From the NCBI GenBank assembly GCA_013140775.1, contig JABFSA010000040.1, forward strand, positions 5,182 through 69,181: a stretch of 64,000 bases of DNA, in the 5' to 3' direction. The DNA comes from Acidobacteriota bacterium (GTDB taxonomy: Bacteria; Acidobacteriota; Vicinamibacteria; Vicinamibacterales; UBA2999). The position numbers and the translations under genes were made by a program. Numbering within the stretch: position 1 is the stretch's first letter; each line of letters begins with the position of its first letter. The notes beneath the pieces were generated by a model. That model was given only the letters and a program-made list of their open reading frames with translations. It ran no database searches and was not told the DNA's origin. Below, piece by piece: positions 8,503 through 18,263 of this stretch.

Positions 8503-9651
8503 ATGGCGATACAGTCGATTCTCGTTACCGGCGGCGCGGGTTACATCGGTTCACATCTTGTTGACCGCCTGTGCACGCGTGGCTACTCCGTCACGGTGCT
8601 GGACAGTCTGGAGCCGCAGGTTCATCGCAGCGGCACGTGGCCGTCTTACGCCAATCCGAAAGTTCGCTACGTCCAGGGAGACGTCAGGGATCGAGCGGTG
8701 TTCGAGCCGCTCGTCGTCTCGTCGGACGCTGTCGTTCACTTTGGCGCAGCCGTGAGCGTTGGCCAGAGCATGTATCAGGTGGATCGCTACGTGGACGTCA
8801 ATACGCGTGGCACCGCGTTGCTCCTCGACATCCTGGTCAACGCGAAACACAACGTTCAGAAGCTTCTCGTGGCATCGTCCATCGGTGTCTACGGGGAAGG
8901 GGCGTACCACTGCGCAACCTGCGGGCCCGTTGCGCCAGGTATCCGGCCAACCGAGCAGCTTGCCGAACGTGACTGGGAACAGCACTGTCCGCGTTGCGGC
9001 AAACACGTCATTTCGATTCCGACGCCCGAGGACAAGGCGCTCTATCGCGACAACATCTATTCGATGACGAAGTACCACCAGGAAGAAATGGTGCTGCTCA
9101 TCGGGAAGACCTACGGCATTCCAGCTGTGGCTCCCAGGTTCTTCAATGTGTATGGTCCGCGACAGAGTTTGAGCAATCCGTACGCCGGCGTCGCGGCGAT
9201 CTGGTTGAGCCGGCTGCTGAACGGCAAGCAGCCGGTGGTCTTCGAGGATGGCGGGCAGCTTCGCGATTTTGTCTCCATTCACGACGTCGTCGATTGTCTC
9301 GTGCTGATGCTCGAAAAATCCGGCGCAGACTTCCTTCCAGTGAACGTTGGTTCGGGTGAGGTCGTGACGATTCTGAACATCGCCAAGCTGCTGGCGCGCC
9401 TGCTCGGTTCCTCCATTGAGCCGCTCGTCACGGAAACCGGAAGAAAGTTCGACATCCGTCACAACACCGCCGACATCACGTGCGCCAGAACGACGCTCGG
9501 TTTCGAGCCGAAGGTATCGCTCGAACAGGGGTTCAGTGAGCTCATTGAGTGGGCGAAGACCACGCCCGATGCCGCCGAGGACTTCTTCGACCGTGCGCTG
9601 CGGGAGCTGCAGGATAAAGGTCTGCTTGTAACAGGAACGGCGCCGCAGTGA
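8503..9651 (+). CDS. NAD-dependent epimerase/dehydratase (extended SDR) with an inserted CxxC...CxxC zinc-ribbon-like segment
   Basis: TGGAGYIGSHL Rossmann motif, ASSIGVYG, and YSMTK (YxxxK). An insertion CATCGPVAPGIRPTEQLAERDWEQHCPRCG lies between the catalytic Ser and Tyr regions. Confidence 0.85.
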   Translation: MAIQSILVTGGAGYIGSHLVDRLCTRGYSVTVLDSLEPQVHRSGTWPSYANPKVRYVQGDVRDRAVFEPLVVSSDAVVHFGAAVSVGQSMYQVDRYVDVNTRGTALLLDILVNAKHNVQKLLVASSIGVYGEGAYHCATCGPVAPGIRPTEQLAERDWEQHCPRCGKHVISIPTPEDKALYRDNIYSMTKYHQEEMVLLIGKTYGIPAVAPRFFNVYGPRQSLSNPYAGVAAIWLSRLLNGKQPVVFEDGGQLRDFVSIHDVVDCLVLMLEKSGADFLPVNVGSGEVVTILNIAKLLARLLGSSIEPLVTETGRKFDIRHNTADITCARTTLGFEPKVSLEQGFSELIEWAKTTPDAAEDFFDRALRELQDKGLLVTGTAPQ

Positions 9652-9664
9652 CAGGGGCTGCGTA

Positions 9665-11641
9665 GTGTCCGGCTTCAGCCGGACCACAGACGCGACCCGC
9701 AGTCGCCTGACTGGCGCCTTGCTCGCGATCTCTGTGTTCGTTGCGGCCTTCTTCTACCGGTTCAACACCCTGGGTGGTTCGCTCGGCGGTTTCACCAACG
9801 ACGAGTTCGGCTATCTTTCGCGGGCCCGGCAGATTCAGGCCGGGGAAGTGCCGTTTCGCGACTTCAACGATCCAGGCTGGTTTCTCACCGACTGCGTCGC
9901 GGCAGCCGCGCAGTGGCTTGGAGGCTACAACCTCCGCTCCGAAGCGCTGCTGACTGTCGGCATGCTGGCCCTTGGGGCTGCGGCCATCTTCCTGCTGGCG
10001 CGACGCGCGGCCGGCTCAACGGTAGTGGCGCTCGTCGCCGTCGCCATCTACGTCGCACTCGATACTCGACACTACAACTACCCGAAGATCGTGCTCTACG
10101 CCGCGGGTCTGACGCTGGCGTGGGCGTACGCCGACGCCCCGAGCCTCGCCCGTCGGCTGGGACTCGGTGCGCTCCTAGGTATCGCCTTTCTGTTTCGACA
10201 CGATCACCTGGTCTACCTCGGCGCACTGTCTTTGATGACGGTTGGGGCGGTTCACCACGCGTCGCCACGTGAGGCGATGCGTGCCGCTCTCGGCGTGGGC
10301 GCCGCGGCCGCGTGCTTCGTCGTCCCGTTTCTCGTGTTTCTGGCCACGAATGGTGGCGTTGTGGAGTACTTCCGTTCGGCCCTCGTGTATGTCTCCCGCG
10401 ACGCGCAGCGCACGACGTTCGCTTTTCCGCGCCTCTCGATCGAGCCTACGCTCCCCTGGGTCGGACTATCGCGTGGACCGGCGCCTGTCGATCCACGTAT
10501 CAACATTCGATGGAACTCCGTGGCAGACGATGCCCGGCGCGAGCGGGAGGCTCGTTGGAAGCTCGAAGCAGGTGAGGCGCTCGATGGCAGCACCTGGAGC
10601 TACGTGATCCGCGACACATCCGTGGCGAACATCGAGGCTCTGGTTCGCGATCCACTGGTAGACGACACGCAGGGTTTGAATCGGACGACGTTCATGTTGT
10701 CTGGTGAGCCGAGACCTCTCAGGGTCAGAAGCCAGCTGGATACCGTGCAGAACGCCACCGCGTTCCTGTATTACCTGTTTGCGGCGCTTCCCATCGTGGC
10801 CGCGTGCGCGTTCTGGCGGATGCGTCGTGCAGGCGCCACCGCTCGAGTGCTGACAAGCGCGGCGCACATCGTGCCGCTTCTCGTCCTTGCCGCCATACTC
10901 AACGCTACGTTCCTGAGTCGTGGAAGTACAAACATCCGGATCCCCGACGTCGGCGTGACCGCCACCGTGCTCCTCGCATGGTTAGTGTCGGCGATCGCCG
11001 GACGCGATGGCCGAACGTTGGTCACTGTTCCTTCCGCCAGGGTGTTGGTGCGTGCAGCCGCGGCCGTCGTGCTGTTCCTGACGATTCTCAGCGCCAATGG
11101 CCTTGCTCAGGCAAGCCGTGCGTGGAGCGACGCAGGCTTCGCGGACGGACCGGGCGAGCTCGTGCGTCGGGCGGGCGTCGTGTGGGACGGACTGGGAGCG
11201 CCGCCGAGCGACTTCGTGGCAGATGAGGAACAGCCGGGTATCCTGAGGGTCGCCGGGTATGTGAATGCCTGCACGTCACCGGGCGATCGGTTGTTCGTGC
11301 TGGGCGAGCATCCGGCGCTGTACTACTTCGCCGATCGCCTGTTCGCAGGCGGTCATGCGTGGCTGCTCCCGTATTATTACAGCGGAGATGCCGACGAGGC
11401 GCTGATAGTCGAGCGCCTCAAGAGCGCCCGTGTGCCTATCGTGTTGACTGAAACGGGAGTGACGTACGACGAAGATTACCGCGGTGTGTTCGAGCAGGTG
11501 CACGCCTACCTGCAAGATGCCTACACGGATGCAGGCGAGGTGCAGTACGGCGGCTCTCAACCGTTGCGGTTGCTGGTCCGTGCGGATCTGACGCCGATAC
11601 GGCGATACGAGCCCCTCAATCTTCCCTGTTTCACTCCATGA
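9665..11641 (+). CDS. Uncharacterised paralog family B, copy 3 (polytopic membrane protein)
   Basis: 658-aa ORF, GTG start. YRFNTLGGSLGGFTNDEF ... CTSPGD ... LNLPCFTP. It has a longer central region than copies 1 and 2. Confidence 0.85.
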   Translation: MSGFSRTTDATRSRLTGALLAISVFVAAFFYRFNTLGGSLGGFTNDEFGYLSRARQIQAGEVPFRDFNDPGWFLTDCVAAAAQWLGGYNLRSEALLTVGMLALGAAAIFLLARRAAGSTVVALVAVAIYVALDTRHYNYPKIVLYAAGLTLAWAYADAPSLARRLGLGALLGIAFLFRHDHLVYLGALSLMTVGAVHHASPREAMRAALGVGAAAACFVVPFLVFLATNGGVVEYFRSALVYVSRDAQRTTFAFPRLSIEPTLPWVGLSRGPAPVDPRINIRWNSVADDARREREARWKLEAGEALDGSTWSYVIRDTSVANIEALVRDPLVDDTQGLNRTTFMLSGEPRPLRVRSQLDTVQNATAFLYYLFAALPIVAACAFWRMRRAGATARVLTSAAHIVPLLVLAAILNATFLSRGSTNIRIPDVGVTATVLLAWLVSAIAGRDGRTLVTVPSARVLVRAAAAVVLFLTILSANGLAQASRAWSDAGFADGPGELVRRAGVVWDGLGAPPSDFVADEEQPGILRVAGYVNACTSPGDRLFVLGEHPALYYFADRLFAGGHAWLLPYYYSGDADEALIVERLKSARVPIVLTETGVTYDEDYRGVFEQVHAYLQDAYTDAGEVQYGGSQPLRLLVRADLTPIRRYEPLNLPCFTP

Positions 11642-12084
11642 TGATTCGCTTCGACCAGCTTCGGGACTATCGCCAGCAGGTGGCGATGGTTGACGGCGCA
11701 TTCGATCCGTTGCACCGCGGCCACATTGAGTACTTCAGAGCGGCCAGCACACTCGAGGTGCCGCTCCTGTGCAATGTGGCGTCTGACGCGTACGTTCGGA
11801 CCAAGCACCAGCCGCTCCTGTCGGAAGATCAGCGTGCGGCCGTGGTGGATGCCATCAGATACATTTCCTACACGCACATCAATCAGTTCGATACCGAAAC
11901 CATTCTCCGGGAGCTGCGTCCCAAGTACTACGTCAAGGGCAAGGACTGGGAAGGCAGGCTACCGGGTGAGCAGGTACGCATCTGCGCCGAGCATGGCATC
12001 GGCGTCGTCTATCTCGATACCGTGCTCGATTCGTCGAGCCGGATTCTCAACGAGTTCCTGTCCGCGAAGCAGAGCACACGATGA
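11638..12084 (+). CDS. Cytidylyltransferase-like small nucleotidyltransferase (TagD / RfaE domain II type)
   Basis: 148 aa. GAFDPLHRGHIEYF carries the HxGH motif. The size and the KGKDW..L region fit the glycerol-3-phosphate cytidylyltransferase family. ATGA overlap with upstream. Confidence 0.75.
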   Translation: MMIRFDQLRDYRQQVAMVDGAFDPLHRGHIEYFRAASTLEVPLLCNVASDAYVRTKHQPLLSEDQRAAVVDAIRYISYTHINQFDTETILRELRPKYYVKGKDWEGRLPGEQVRICAEHGIGVVYLDTVLDSSSRILNEFLSAKQSTR

Positions 12085-12749
12085 ACATTACCGAGTTCGA
12101 GCAGCGAGTTCTCGATCAACGTCCCGTCAGCTCCGGTCACTACGATGCCGAGTACTTCACCGGCGAATGGCGTGATGCCGGCAACAACTACAGCCTGGAG
12201 ACGCGACGCCAGATCGAGGCCAGGAATCCGTTCCTCATCAAAGAGGTCTTTCAGCCGACGAAGGCGCTCGACCTTGGATGCGGGCCAGGCGCGCTCATGC
12301 ACCTGCTCTGGGAGCTTGGTGTAGACATCGATGGTATCGATTTCGCGGAGAGCAGCAAGCAGCTGGCGACGCCACAAGTGCGTGACCGCATCGTCGTGGG
12401 CGAGGTCTACGATCAGACGATCAAGTCAGCCGGAGCCTACGACCTGGTCATCTGCCGGGAAGTGCTCGAGCACCTGACCGTCCTGCAGGTGAAACAGGCT
12501 GTCGCCAACATGGTGCGGTTGTCGTCGAAGTACATCTACGTGACGACGCGCTTCCATCCCAATCCGGCCAGCCTGCTGGATTTCACCACGCAGTTCGACG
12601 TCGATCCATCGCACATCACGCTGTTGAACAAGGACATGCTGCGCCTGATGTTCGTGCTCGAAGGCTGTCGCTCGAGGCCGGATCTCGAGGCACGGATGGA
12701 CTGGGGCAACAAGGGCAGGGTGCTCGTCCTCGAAACCCAGGCTCGATGA
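12081..12749 (+). CDS. Class I SAM-dependent methyltransferase
   Basis: LDLGCGPGALMHLL (motif I) and ICREVLEHL. ATGA overlap with the upstream gene. Confidence 0.8.
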   Translation: MNITEFEQRVLDQRPVSSGHYDAEYFTGEWRDAGNNYSLETRRQIEARNPFLIKEVFQPTKALDLGCGPGALMHLLWELGVDIDGIDFAESSKQLATPQVRDRIVVGEVYDQTIKSAGAYDLVICREVLEHLTVLQVKQAVANMVRLSSKYIYVTTRFHPNPASLLDFTTQFDVDPSHITLLNKDMLRLMFVLEGCRSRPDLEARMDWGNKGRVLVLETQAR

Positions 12750-12756
12750 GTCACGC

Positions 12757-13875
12757 ATGATTCCGCTGGCGGATCTTCGCGAGCAGTATCGCCGCCTGAA
12801 GTCCGAGATCGACCCGGCCATCGCGGCCGTGCTCGAGAATGCGCAATTCGTGCTGGGGCCGGCGGTTGAGAACTTCGAGCGCCAGTTCGCCTCCTATTGC
12901 GGCGTCTCACATGCGATTGGCGTGAACTCCGGCACCAGCGCGTTGCACATCGCGCTGCTGGCAGCCGGGATCGGTCCGGGCGACGAGGTCATCACCGTTC
13001 CCTTTACGTTTGTTGCCACGATCGCCGCCATCGAGTACGCGGGCGCGACGCCGGTGTTCGTGGATATCGAGCAGGACACCTGCACGATGGACCCGTCAAA
13101 GCTGGAGCGAGCTATCACTCCGCGGACGAAGGCGTTGATGCCGGTGCACCTCTTCGGGCACCCGGCTGACATGGATCCGATCGCGGAGATCGCCCGCCGG
13201 CACACGCTCGTCGTCATCGAGGACGCCTGCCAGGCCCATGGAGCCGAGTACAAGGGCCGTCGAGCCGGGTCGATGTCCGAGATCGGGTGCTTCAGTTTCT
13301 ATCCAGGTAAGAACCTGGGTGCTTATGGCGAGGGCGGAGCTGCGGTCACCAACAACGCGCAATACGCCGACACCATGCGGTTGCTCCGCAGCTGGGGCGA
13401 ACGGACCCGATACGAGCATTCGATCAAGGCGTTCAACTACAGGATGGATGGCATCCAGGGAGCGATTCTTGGCGTCAAGATGAAGCACCTGGAACCGTGG
13501 ACCGAAGCCCGGCGGGCACTTGCAGCCACCTACGATCGGCTGCTTGCCGGGAGCCCGGCGTCCCCGCCGAAAGCGCGGCAGGACGTCCGGCACGTGTATC
13601 ACCAGTACGCCGTGCGCCTCGAACAGCGCGACCGCTGGCGTGCCCACCTTGCCGACAGAGGCATTCAGACGGCCGTGCACTATCCGGTGCCGCTTCACCT
13701 CCAGCCCGCCTATCGTGACCTTGGCTACGGCGTCGGAGATTTTCCGGTGGCCGAATCAGTCGCCCGTGAAATTCTCTCGCTGCCGTTCTTTCCTGAGATG
13801 ACCGATCCGCAAGTGCAGGAAGTGGCGGGTGTACTTCGTGCGGGACTTCCGGCAAACGCCGGCAGCGTCGCGTAA
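12757..13875 (+). CDS. DegT/DnrJ/EryC1/StrS family PLP-dependent sugar aminotransferase
   Basis: GVNSGTSALHIAL, FSFYPGKNLGAYGEGGAV (PLP lysine), HVYHQYAV and PVPLHLQPAY. Confidence 0.9.
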   Translation: MIPLADLREQYRRLKSEIDPAIAAVLENAQFVLGPAVENFERQFASYCGVSHAIGVNSGTSALHIALLAAGIGPGDEVITVPFTFVATIAAIEYAGATPVFVDIEQDTCTMDPSKLERAITPRTKALMPVHLFGHPADMDPIAEIARRHTLVVIEDACQAHGAEYKGRRAGSMSEIGCFSFYPGKNLGAYGEGGAAVTNNAQYADTMRLLRSWGERTRYEHSIKAFNYRMDGIQGAILGVKMKHLEPWTEARRALAATYDRLLAGSPASPPKARQDVRHVYHQYAVRLEQRDRWRAHLADRGIQTAVHYPVPLHLQPAYRDLGYGVGDFPVAESVAREILSLPFFPEMTDPQVQEVAGVLRAGLPANAGSVA

Positions 13876-13958
13876 GGGTCCTGATCGGGCTCTAAGCCCA
13901 AAGGGTACAGATAGATGGCAAGATCGTCCGCAGACGTGCGTTACAATACCGTCTCCCG

Positions 13959-14882
13959 ATGATCGACTGCATCGCCGGATATCACCTGAACCCTTGGACG
14001 TGTGGGATCGCCAAGTTCAACACCATCCTCGGGCGGCACCTGTCGCTGCCCGTCGTGGGTATCGGGTCGCCAGATTTGGATCGCTACACGCGCCCCCTGT
14101 TGTCCCTCAAGATGTCGGAGTTCGCGGAGGGCGACGCACACACGCTGGACGCGTGGGTGGCAGAACACACAGGACGGTACGAGCTGTTCCTGCATGCCTG
14201 GGATCGGACGCCGACCGAGGACAGGCTGATCGCGCGCGCCGCCAGAGTGTGCGTCGGGAACCGCGAACTGTTCGAACAACTCGTCCCGACCCGACCCGAT
14301 GTCGTCGAGCTCTTCTGCCCGGGAACGCTGCTCAACCCACAGCGCTTCCAGCGCACGGACCTCTCGGTGTTCACCTTCGGGATGGCACACAAGATCCGGG
14401 TGCCGCTGTATCGCCGGCTTCATCGCCTGCTGGAAGCCACCGGGAAGAGCTATTCGGTCTACGTCTCAACAGCCCTCCACGAAAACACCAGCTTTGACGA
14501 CTCGTTCATCGTCCGGTTCGAGGAACTGCAGGCGATTTTTGGCGAGCACGTCTATTTCATGGGGTACCTGTCAGACACGGCCGTGTTCAATCACATCGTG
14601 GACTGCACGTTTCTCGCCGCCTTCTTTGAGAAGGGGCTTCGGGCAAACAACACCAGCGTGATTGCCGCGATGGAATGCGGGTGCGCCGTGATCACGAACC
14701 TGGACGAGCATTCGCCCAGGGGACTTGCGCACATGAAGAATGTGATCGACATCAACGTCTGCGATCGGCTGCCGGATTTCGACCAGGCCGAAAAGATCGG
14801 TCGTGCGGCGCGCGAGATCACGCAGACAGATTACGGCTGGGATCAACTCGTGGCGCAGCTTCGGCCGGCTGTGCGCGTCTAG
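13959..14882 (+). CDS. Hypothetical protein, divergent GT-B (GT1/GT4-like) C-terminal half
   Basis: 307-aa ORF with coding-like codon bias. FFEKGLRANNTSVIAAMECGCAVITN resembles the E..G....EAM..G.PVI block of GT4 enzymes. The N-terminal half is not recognisable. Confidence 0.55.
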   Translation: MIDCIAGYHLNPWTCGIAKFNTILGRHLSLPVVGIGSPDLDRYTRPLLSLKMSEFAEGDAHTLDAWVAEHTGRYELFLHAWDRTPTEDRLIARAARVCVGNRELFEQLVPTRPDVVELFCPGTLLNPQRFQRTDLSVFTFGMAHKIRVPLYRRLHRLLEATGKSYSVYVSTALHENTSFDDSFIVRFEELQAIFGEHVYFMGYLSDTAVFNHIVDCTFLAAFFEKGLRANNTSVIAAMECGCAVITNLDEHSPRGLAHMKNVIDINVCDRLPDFDQAEKIGRAAREITQTDYGWDQLVAQLRPAVRV

Positions 14883-14892
14883 GAGCTGGCAT

Positions 14893-15969
14893 TTGGCAGG
14901 GACGCTGAGAATCGGAACGCGTGAAATTGGCGACGACACGCCGTGTTACGTCATCGCTGAGATTGGCCATAACCATCAGGGCAGCGTCGAGAAAGCGCGC
15001 GAGCTTTTCCGCGAGGCCAAGCTCGCCGGCGCCGACGCGGTCAAGCTCCAGAAGCGGGATAACCGCGGCCTGTATACCCGCGCCGCCTACGACAAGCCGT
15101 ACGACAACGAGAACAGCTTCGGCGCCACCTACGGTGAGCACCGCGAGTTCCTCGAGTTCGGCCTCTCGCAGTACCGGGAGTTGCAGGCGTATGCCAGGGA
15201 ATTAGGCATCGACTTCTTCGCGACAGCGTTCGACATCTCGAGTGCCGACTTTATCGAGTCGCTCGAAATGCCCGCTTTCAAGATTGCATCGGGCGATGTG
15301 AAGAGCACGCCTCTTCTCGAGCACGTGGCGAGATTCGGCAAGCCGATGATTGTCTCCACCGGAGGGGCGCTCATCGAGGATGTTCAGCGCGCCTACGACA
15401 CGATCATGGCGATCAACCCGCAGCTCAGCCTTCTGCAGTGCACGGCGGGATACCCGGCCGCATTCGAAGAGCTCGACCTGCGTGTGATCTCGGAGTATCG
15501 CGAGAGATTTCCAGGCGCCGTGATTGGTTTTTCAGGCCATGACAGCGGGATCGCGATGCCTCTGGCCGCGTACGTGCTCGGTGCACGGATCGTGGAGAAG
15601 CACTTCACGCTGAACCGGGCCATGAAGGGAACGGATCACGCGTTTTCGCTGGAGCCGGTCGGGCTGAGAAAGATGGTGCGCGATCTGCAGCGGACGCACA
15701 AAGCGCTCGGAGATGGACGTAAGAAGGTGTACGAAAGCGAACGTGCGCCCATCGTGAAGATGGGCAAGAGCCTGGTGCTGGCGCGTGACCTGCCGGCGGG
15801 GCACACCCTGACCGAGAGCGACATTCTCATGAAGTCCCCTGGCGGAGGCATCGCGCCGTACGACCTCTCGAAAGTGCTCGGACGTGTCACGCTGAAGCCA
15901 CTGCGCGCGGATGACTTCCTGTCGTTTGAGATGCTGAGCAAGCCGAGCGCCGAGCTCGCGCGTTCGTGA
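14893..15969 (+). CDS. NeuB-family PEP-condensing ulosonic acid synthase (N-acetylneuraminate synthase-like) with C-terminal SAF domain
   Basis: CYVIAEIGHNHQGS signature and a SAF-like C-terminus (LARDLPAGHTLTESDILMKSPGGGI). Start chosen at TTG 14893, 7 nt after AGGAG (14881-14885) and after the upstream stop. The track ORF begins at 14803. Confidence 0.85.
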   Translation: MAGTLRIGTREIGDDTPCYVIAEIGHNHQGSVEKARELFREAKLAGADAVKLQKRDNRGLYTRAAYDKPYDNENSFGATYGEHREFLEFGLSQYRELQAYARELGIDFFATAFDISSADFIESLEMPAFKIASGDVKSTPLLEHVARFGKPMIVSTGGALIEDVQRAYDTIMAINPQLSLLQCTAGYPAAFEELDLRVISEYRERFPGAVIGFSGHDSGIAMPLAAYVLGARIVEKHFTLNRAMKGTDHAFSLEPVGLRKMVRDLQRTHKALGDGRKKVYESERAPIVKMGKSLVLARDLPAGHTLTESDILMKSPGGGIAPYDLSKVLGRVTLKPLRADDFLSFEMLSKPSAELARS

Positions 15970-16778
15970 CCAGCGCTCTCTTCCGACTCGACAACCAGAC
16001 GGCCGTCGTCACGGGGGCATGCGGCAAGCTCGGTCCGATCTGGGCCGAGGCACTGCTCGATGCCGGGGCAAGTGTCGCTGCGCTGGAATTGGCCGGTGCG
16101 CGCGAGTCCGCCGTTTTTGCCGCCCTGTCCGAGCGTTCAGGAGACCGGCTGCGTCGCTTCGACTGCGATGTGACCAACCGTGCGTCGATTCAGCAGGCAG
16201 CCGATGCCGTTGCGGCGCAGCTGGGCGAGCCGTCGGTTCTCGTCAACAACGCGGGCGTGGATCAGCCTCCAGATTCGGGAGGTAACCGCGCGCCGATCGA
16301 CCAGTTGGCGATCGAGGACTTCCGCCGGATGGTCGAAGTCAATCTGCTCGGCACGTTTCAGATGACGCAGGTCTTTGGCGGCCGAATGGCCGGCGGGCAG
16401 GGCGGCGCCATTATCAACATCGGATCGCTCTACGCCTCCGTGTCGCCGGACCAACGCTTCTACGATCATCTTCCCGGCGATCTCCCGTTCTTGAAGTCTC
16501 CAGCCTACGGCGCGTCCAAAGCGGCCGTCGTGAACATGACGAAGTACTTCTCGACGCTCTGGGGTACACAGGGCGTGCGCGTCAACACCCTGTCTCCCGG
16601 CGGTGTGCTCGCCGGTCAGGACGAGAAGTTCCGGTCGAAGTACGGAGCGCGGGTCCCGCTCGGTCGCATGGCGGAGGCGGACGATCTCAAGGGCCCACTC
16701 GTATTTCTGGCCTCGCGAGCCTCGTCGTATGTCACCGGCTACGAGCTGCGGGTGGACGGAGGCTTTACCGCGTGGTAA
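15966..16778 (+). CDS. Short-chain dehydrogenase/reductase (classical SDR)
   Basis: VVTGACGKLG, NNAG and YGASKAAV (YxxxK). GTGA overlap with the NeuB-like stop. Confidence 0.85.
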   Translation: MTSALFRLDNQTAVVTGACGKLGPIWAEALLDAGASVAALELAGARESAVFAALSERSGDRLRRFDCDVTNRASIQQAADAVAAQLGEPSVLVNNAGVDQPPDSGGNRAPIDQLAIEDFRRMVEVNLLGTFQMTQVFGGRMAGGQGGAIINIGSLYASVSPDQRFYDHLPGDLPFLKSPAYGASKAAVVNMTKYFSTLWGTQGVRVNTLSPGGVLAGQDEKFRSKYGARVPLGRMAEADDLKGPLVFLASRASSYVTGYELRVDGGFTAW

Positions 16779-16786
16779 GCGGCACT

Positions 16787-18259
16787 ATGAGCGGGGTGCA
16801 GATCCCGACCACGATTCCAAACCAGATTGGCGGGCGGACAGCCCCGGCCAGCGATGGACGCACCTTTCTGAAGCGAGACCCTGCCACCGGCGCGGCCTTG
16901 TGTCAGGTCGCTCGATCGAGCGCAGCCGATGTTCGTCTCGCGGTCGAGCTGGCGAAGAAAGCGCAGCCCGACTGGGCGGCGGCCACCGTCGTGAAGAGGG
17001 GCGACATTCTTCGTCAGATTGCGCTGCTCATGCGTGAGCGCCGCGAACTGATCGCCGATCTGGTCGCACGCGAGACGGGAAAGTCGCGCAAGGACGCGCT
17101 GGGCGAAACGGACGCGGCCATCGAGATGGGATTCTTCGTGGCCGGAGAGGGTCGGCGATTCTACGGTCAGACGACGACCAGTGCTGTGCCGAACAAGTCG
17201 GCCATGGTCATTCGACAGCCGCTCGGCGTCGCGGGGCTCATCATCGCCGCCAACACTCCTATTGCGAATGTCGCCTGGAAGGCGTTTCCGGCCCTGCTCT
17301 GCGGCAATGCGGCGATTCTCAAAGCATCGGAAGACACGCCGTTGTCCGCCTGGATCTTCGGCGAGATCGCGCGCGAAGCCGGTGTTCCGGAAGGCGTCTA
17401 CTCGACGATCCACGGCTTCGGTGAGGAGGCGGGAGCGCCACTCGTCGAGCATCCGGACGTGGCGGTGGTCAGCTTCACGGGCTCATGCTCGGTCGGTCGC
17501 TGGATCGCGGCTACGGTTGGTCAGCGGCTCGGAAAGGTTTGCCTCGAGTTGGGCGGCAAGAACCCGCTCATCGTGTGTGACGACGCCGACCTGCAGAATG
17601 CCGTGACGTGGACGCTCGGCTCGGCGTTCAGTAATGCGGGTCAGCGCTGCGCGTCGGGCAGCCGCATCATCGTGTTCGATGCTGTCTACGATCGCTTCAC
17701 GCAGATGCTCGTGGAAGCCACCACGAAGCTTGCAGTCGGGACCAGCGACGCCGACGCCTACGGCCCTGTCATCAATGAAGAGCAGATGACAGCGATGCTC
17801 GCGTCCGTGCAGCAGGCGAAGGACGCAGGTGCCGTGATTCTCACGGGTGGTCATCGCCTGACAGGTGGAGCCTATGGCGACGGGTACTTCGTGGCGCCCA
17901 CGATCCTCGCGCACGTCGGGCCGAACGACGAGATTTCCCGCACCGAGCTCTTCGGGCCAATCACCTGTCTGTATCGCGTGAAGAACTTTGAAGAGGCCAT
18001 CACGCTGGCGAACGACGCGCCATTCGGTCTCACGGCGTCGATTCACACCCAGAACCTCCACCGAGCCATGACCTTCGTGGGTCGGATTCAGTCGGGCGTT
18101 GCCGTAGTCAACGGTGGGACGTACGGCAGCGAGCCGCACATGCCGTTTGGCGGTCTGAAGGACTCGGGGAACGGCTGGCGGGAAGCGGGCACACAGGCCC
18201 TGGACGTGTATTCGGACTTGAAGACCGTCTATATCAATCACAACCCGTTGAGCGTCTAA
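16787..18259 (+). CDS. NAD(P)-dependent aldehyde dehydrogenase family protein
   Basis: ELGGKNP and GQRCASGSR (catalytic Cys) with the PFGG..SG C-terminal block. ATG 16787 preferred; 16772 is also possible. Confidence 0.9.
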   Translation: MSGVQIPTTIPNQIGGRTAPASDGRTFLKRDPATGAALCQVARSSAADVRLAVELAKKAQPDWAAATVVKRGDILRQIALLMRERRELIADLVARETGKSRKDALGETDAAIEMGFFVAGEGRRFYGQTTTSAVPNKSAMVIRQPLGVAGLIIAANTPIANVAWKAFPALLCGNAAILKASEDTPLSAWIFGEIAREAGVPEGVYSTIHGFGEEAGAPLVEHPDVAVVSFTGSCSVGRWIAATVGQRLGKVCLELGGKNPLIVCDDADLQNAVTWTLGSAFSNAGQRCASGSRIIVFDAVYDRFTQMLVEATTKLAVGTSDADAYGPVINEEQMTAMLASVQQAKDAGAVILTGGHRLTGGAYGDGYFVAPTILAHVGPNDEISRTELFGPITCLYRVKNFEEAITLANDAPFGLTASIHTQNLHRAMTFVGRIQSGVAVVNGGTYGSEPHMPFGGLKDSGNGWREAGTQALDVYSDLKTVYINHNPLSV

Positions 18260-18263
18260 AACG

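Noticed and set aside
13935-13958. TACAAT hexamer 13 nt upstream of ATG 13959 as an internal promoter -10
   Set aside because: I found no acceptable -35 at 16-18 nt spacing. A single hexamer match is insufficient, so it is left unannotated. It is worth checking against transcription-start data because this is one of only two gaps in the operon.
13829-14497. 222-aa ORF spanning the 13876-13958 gap
   Set aside because: It is an Arg/Pro-rich off-frame product. It overlaps the aminotransferase 3' end and the better-supported ORF at 13959-14882.
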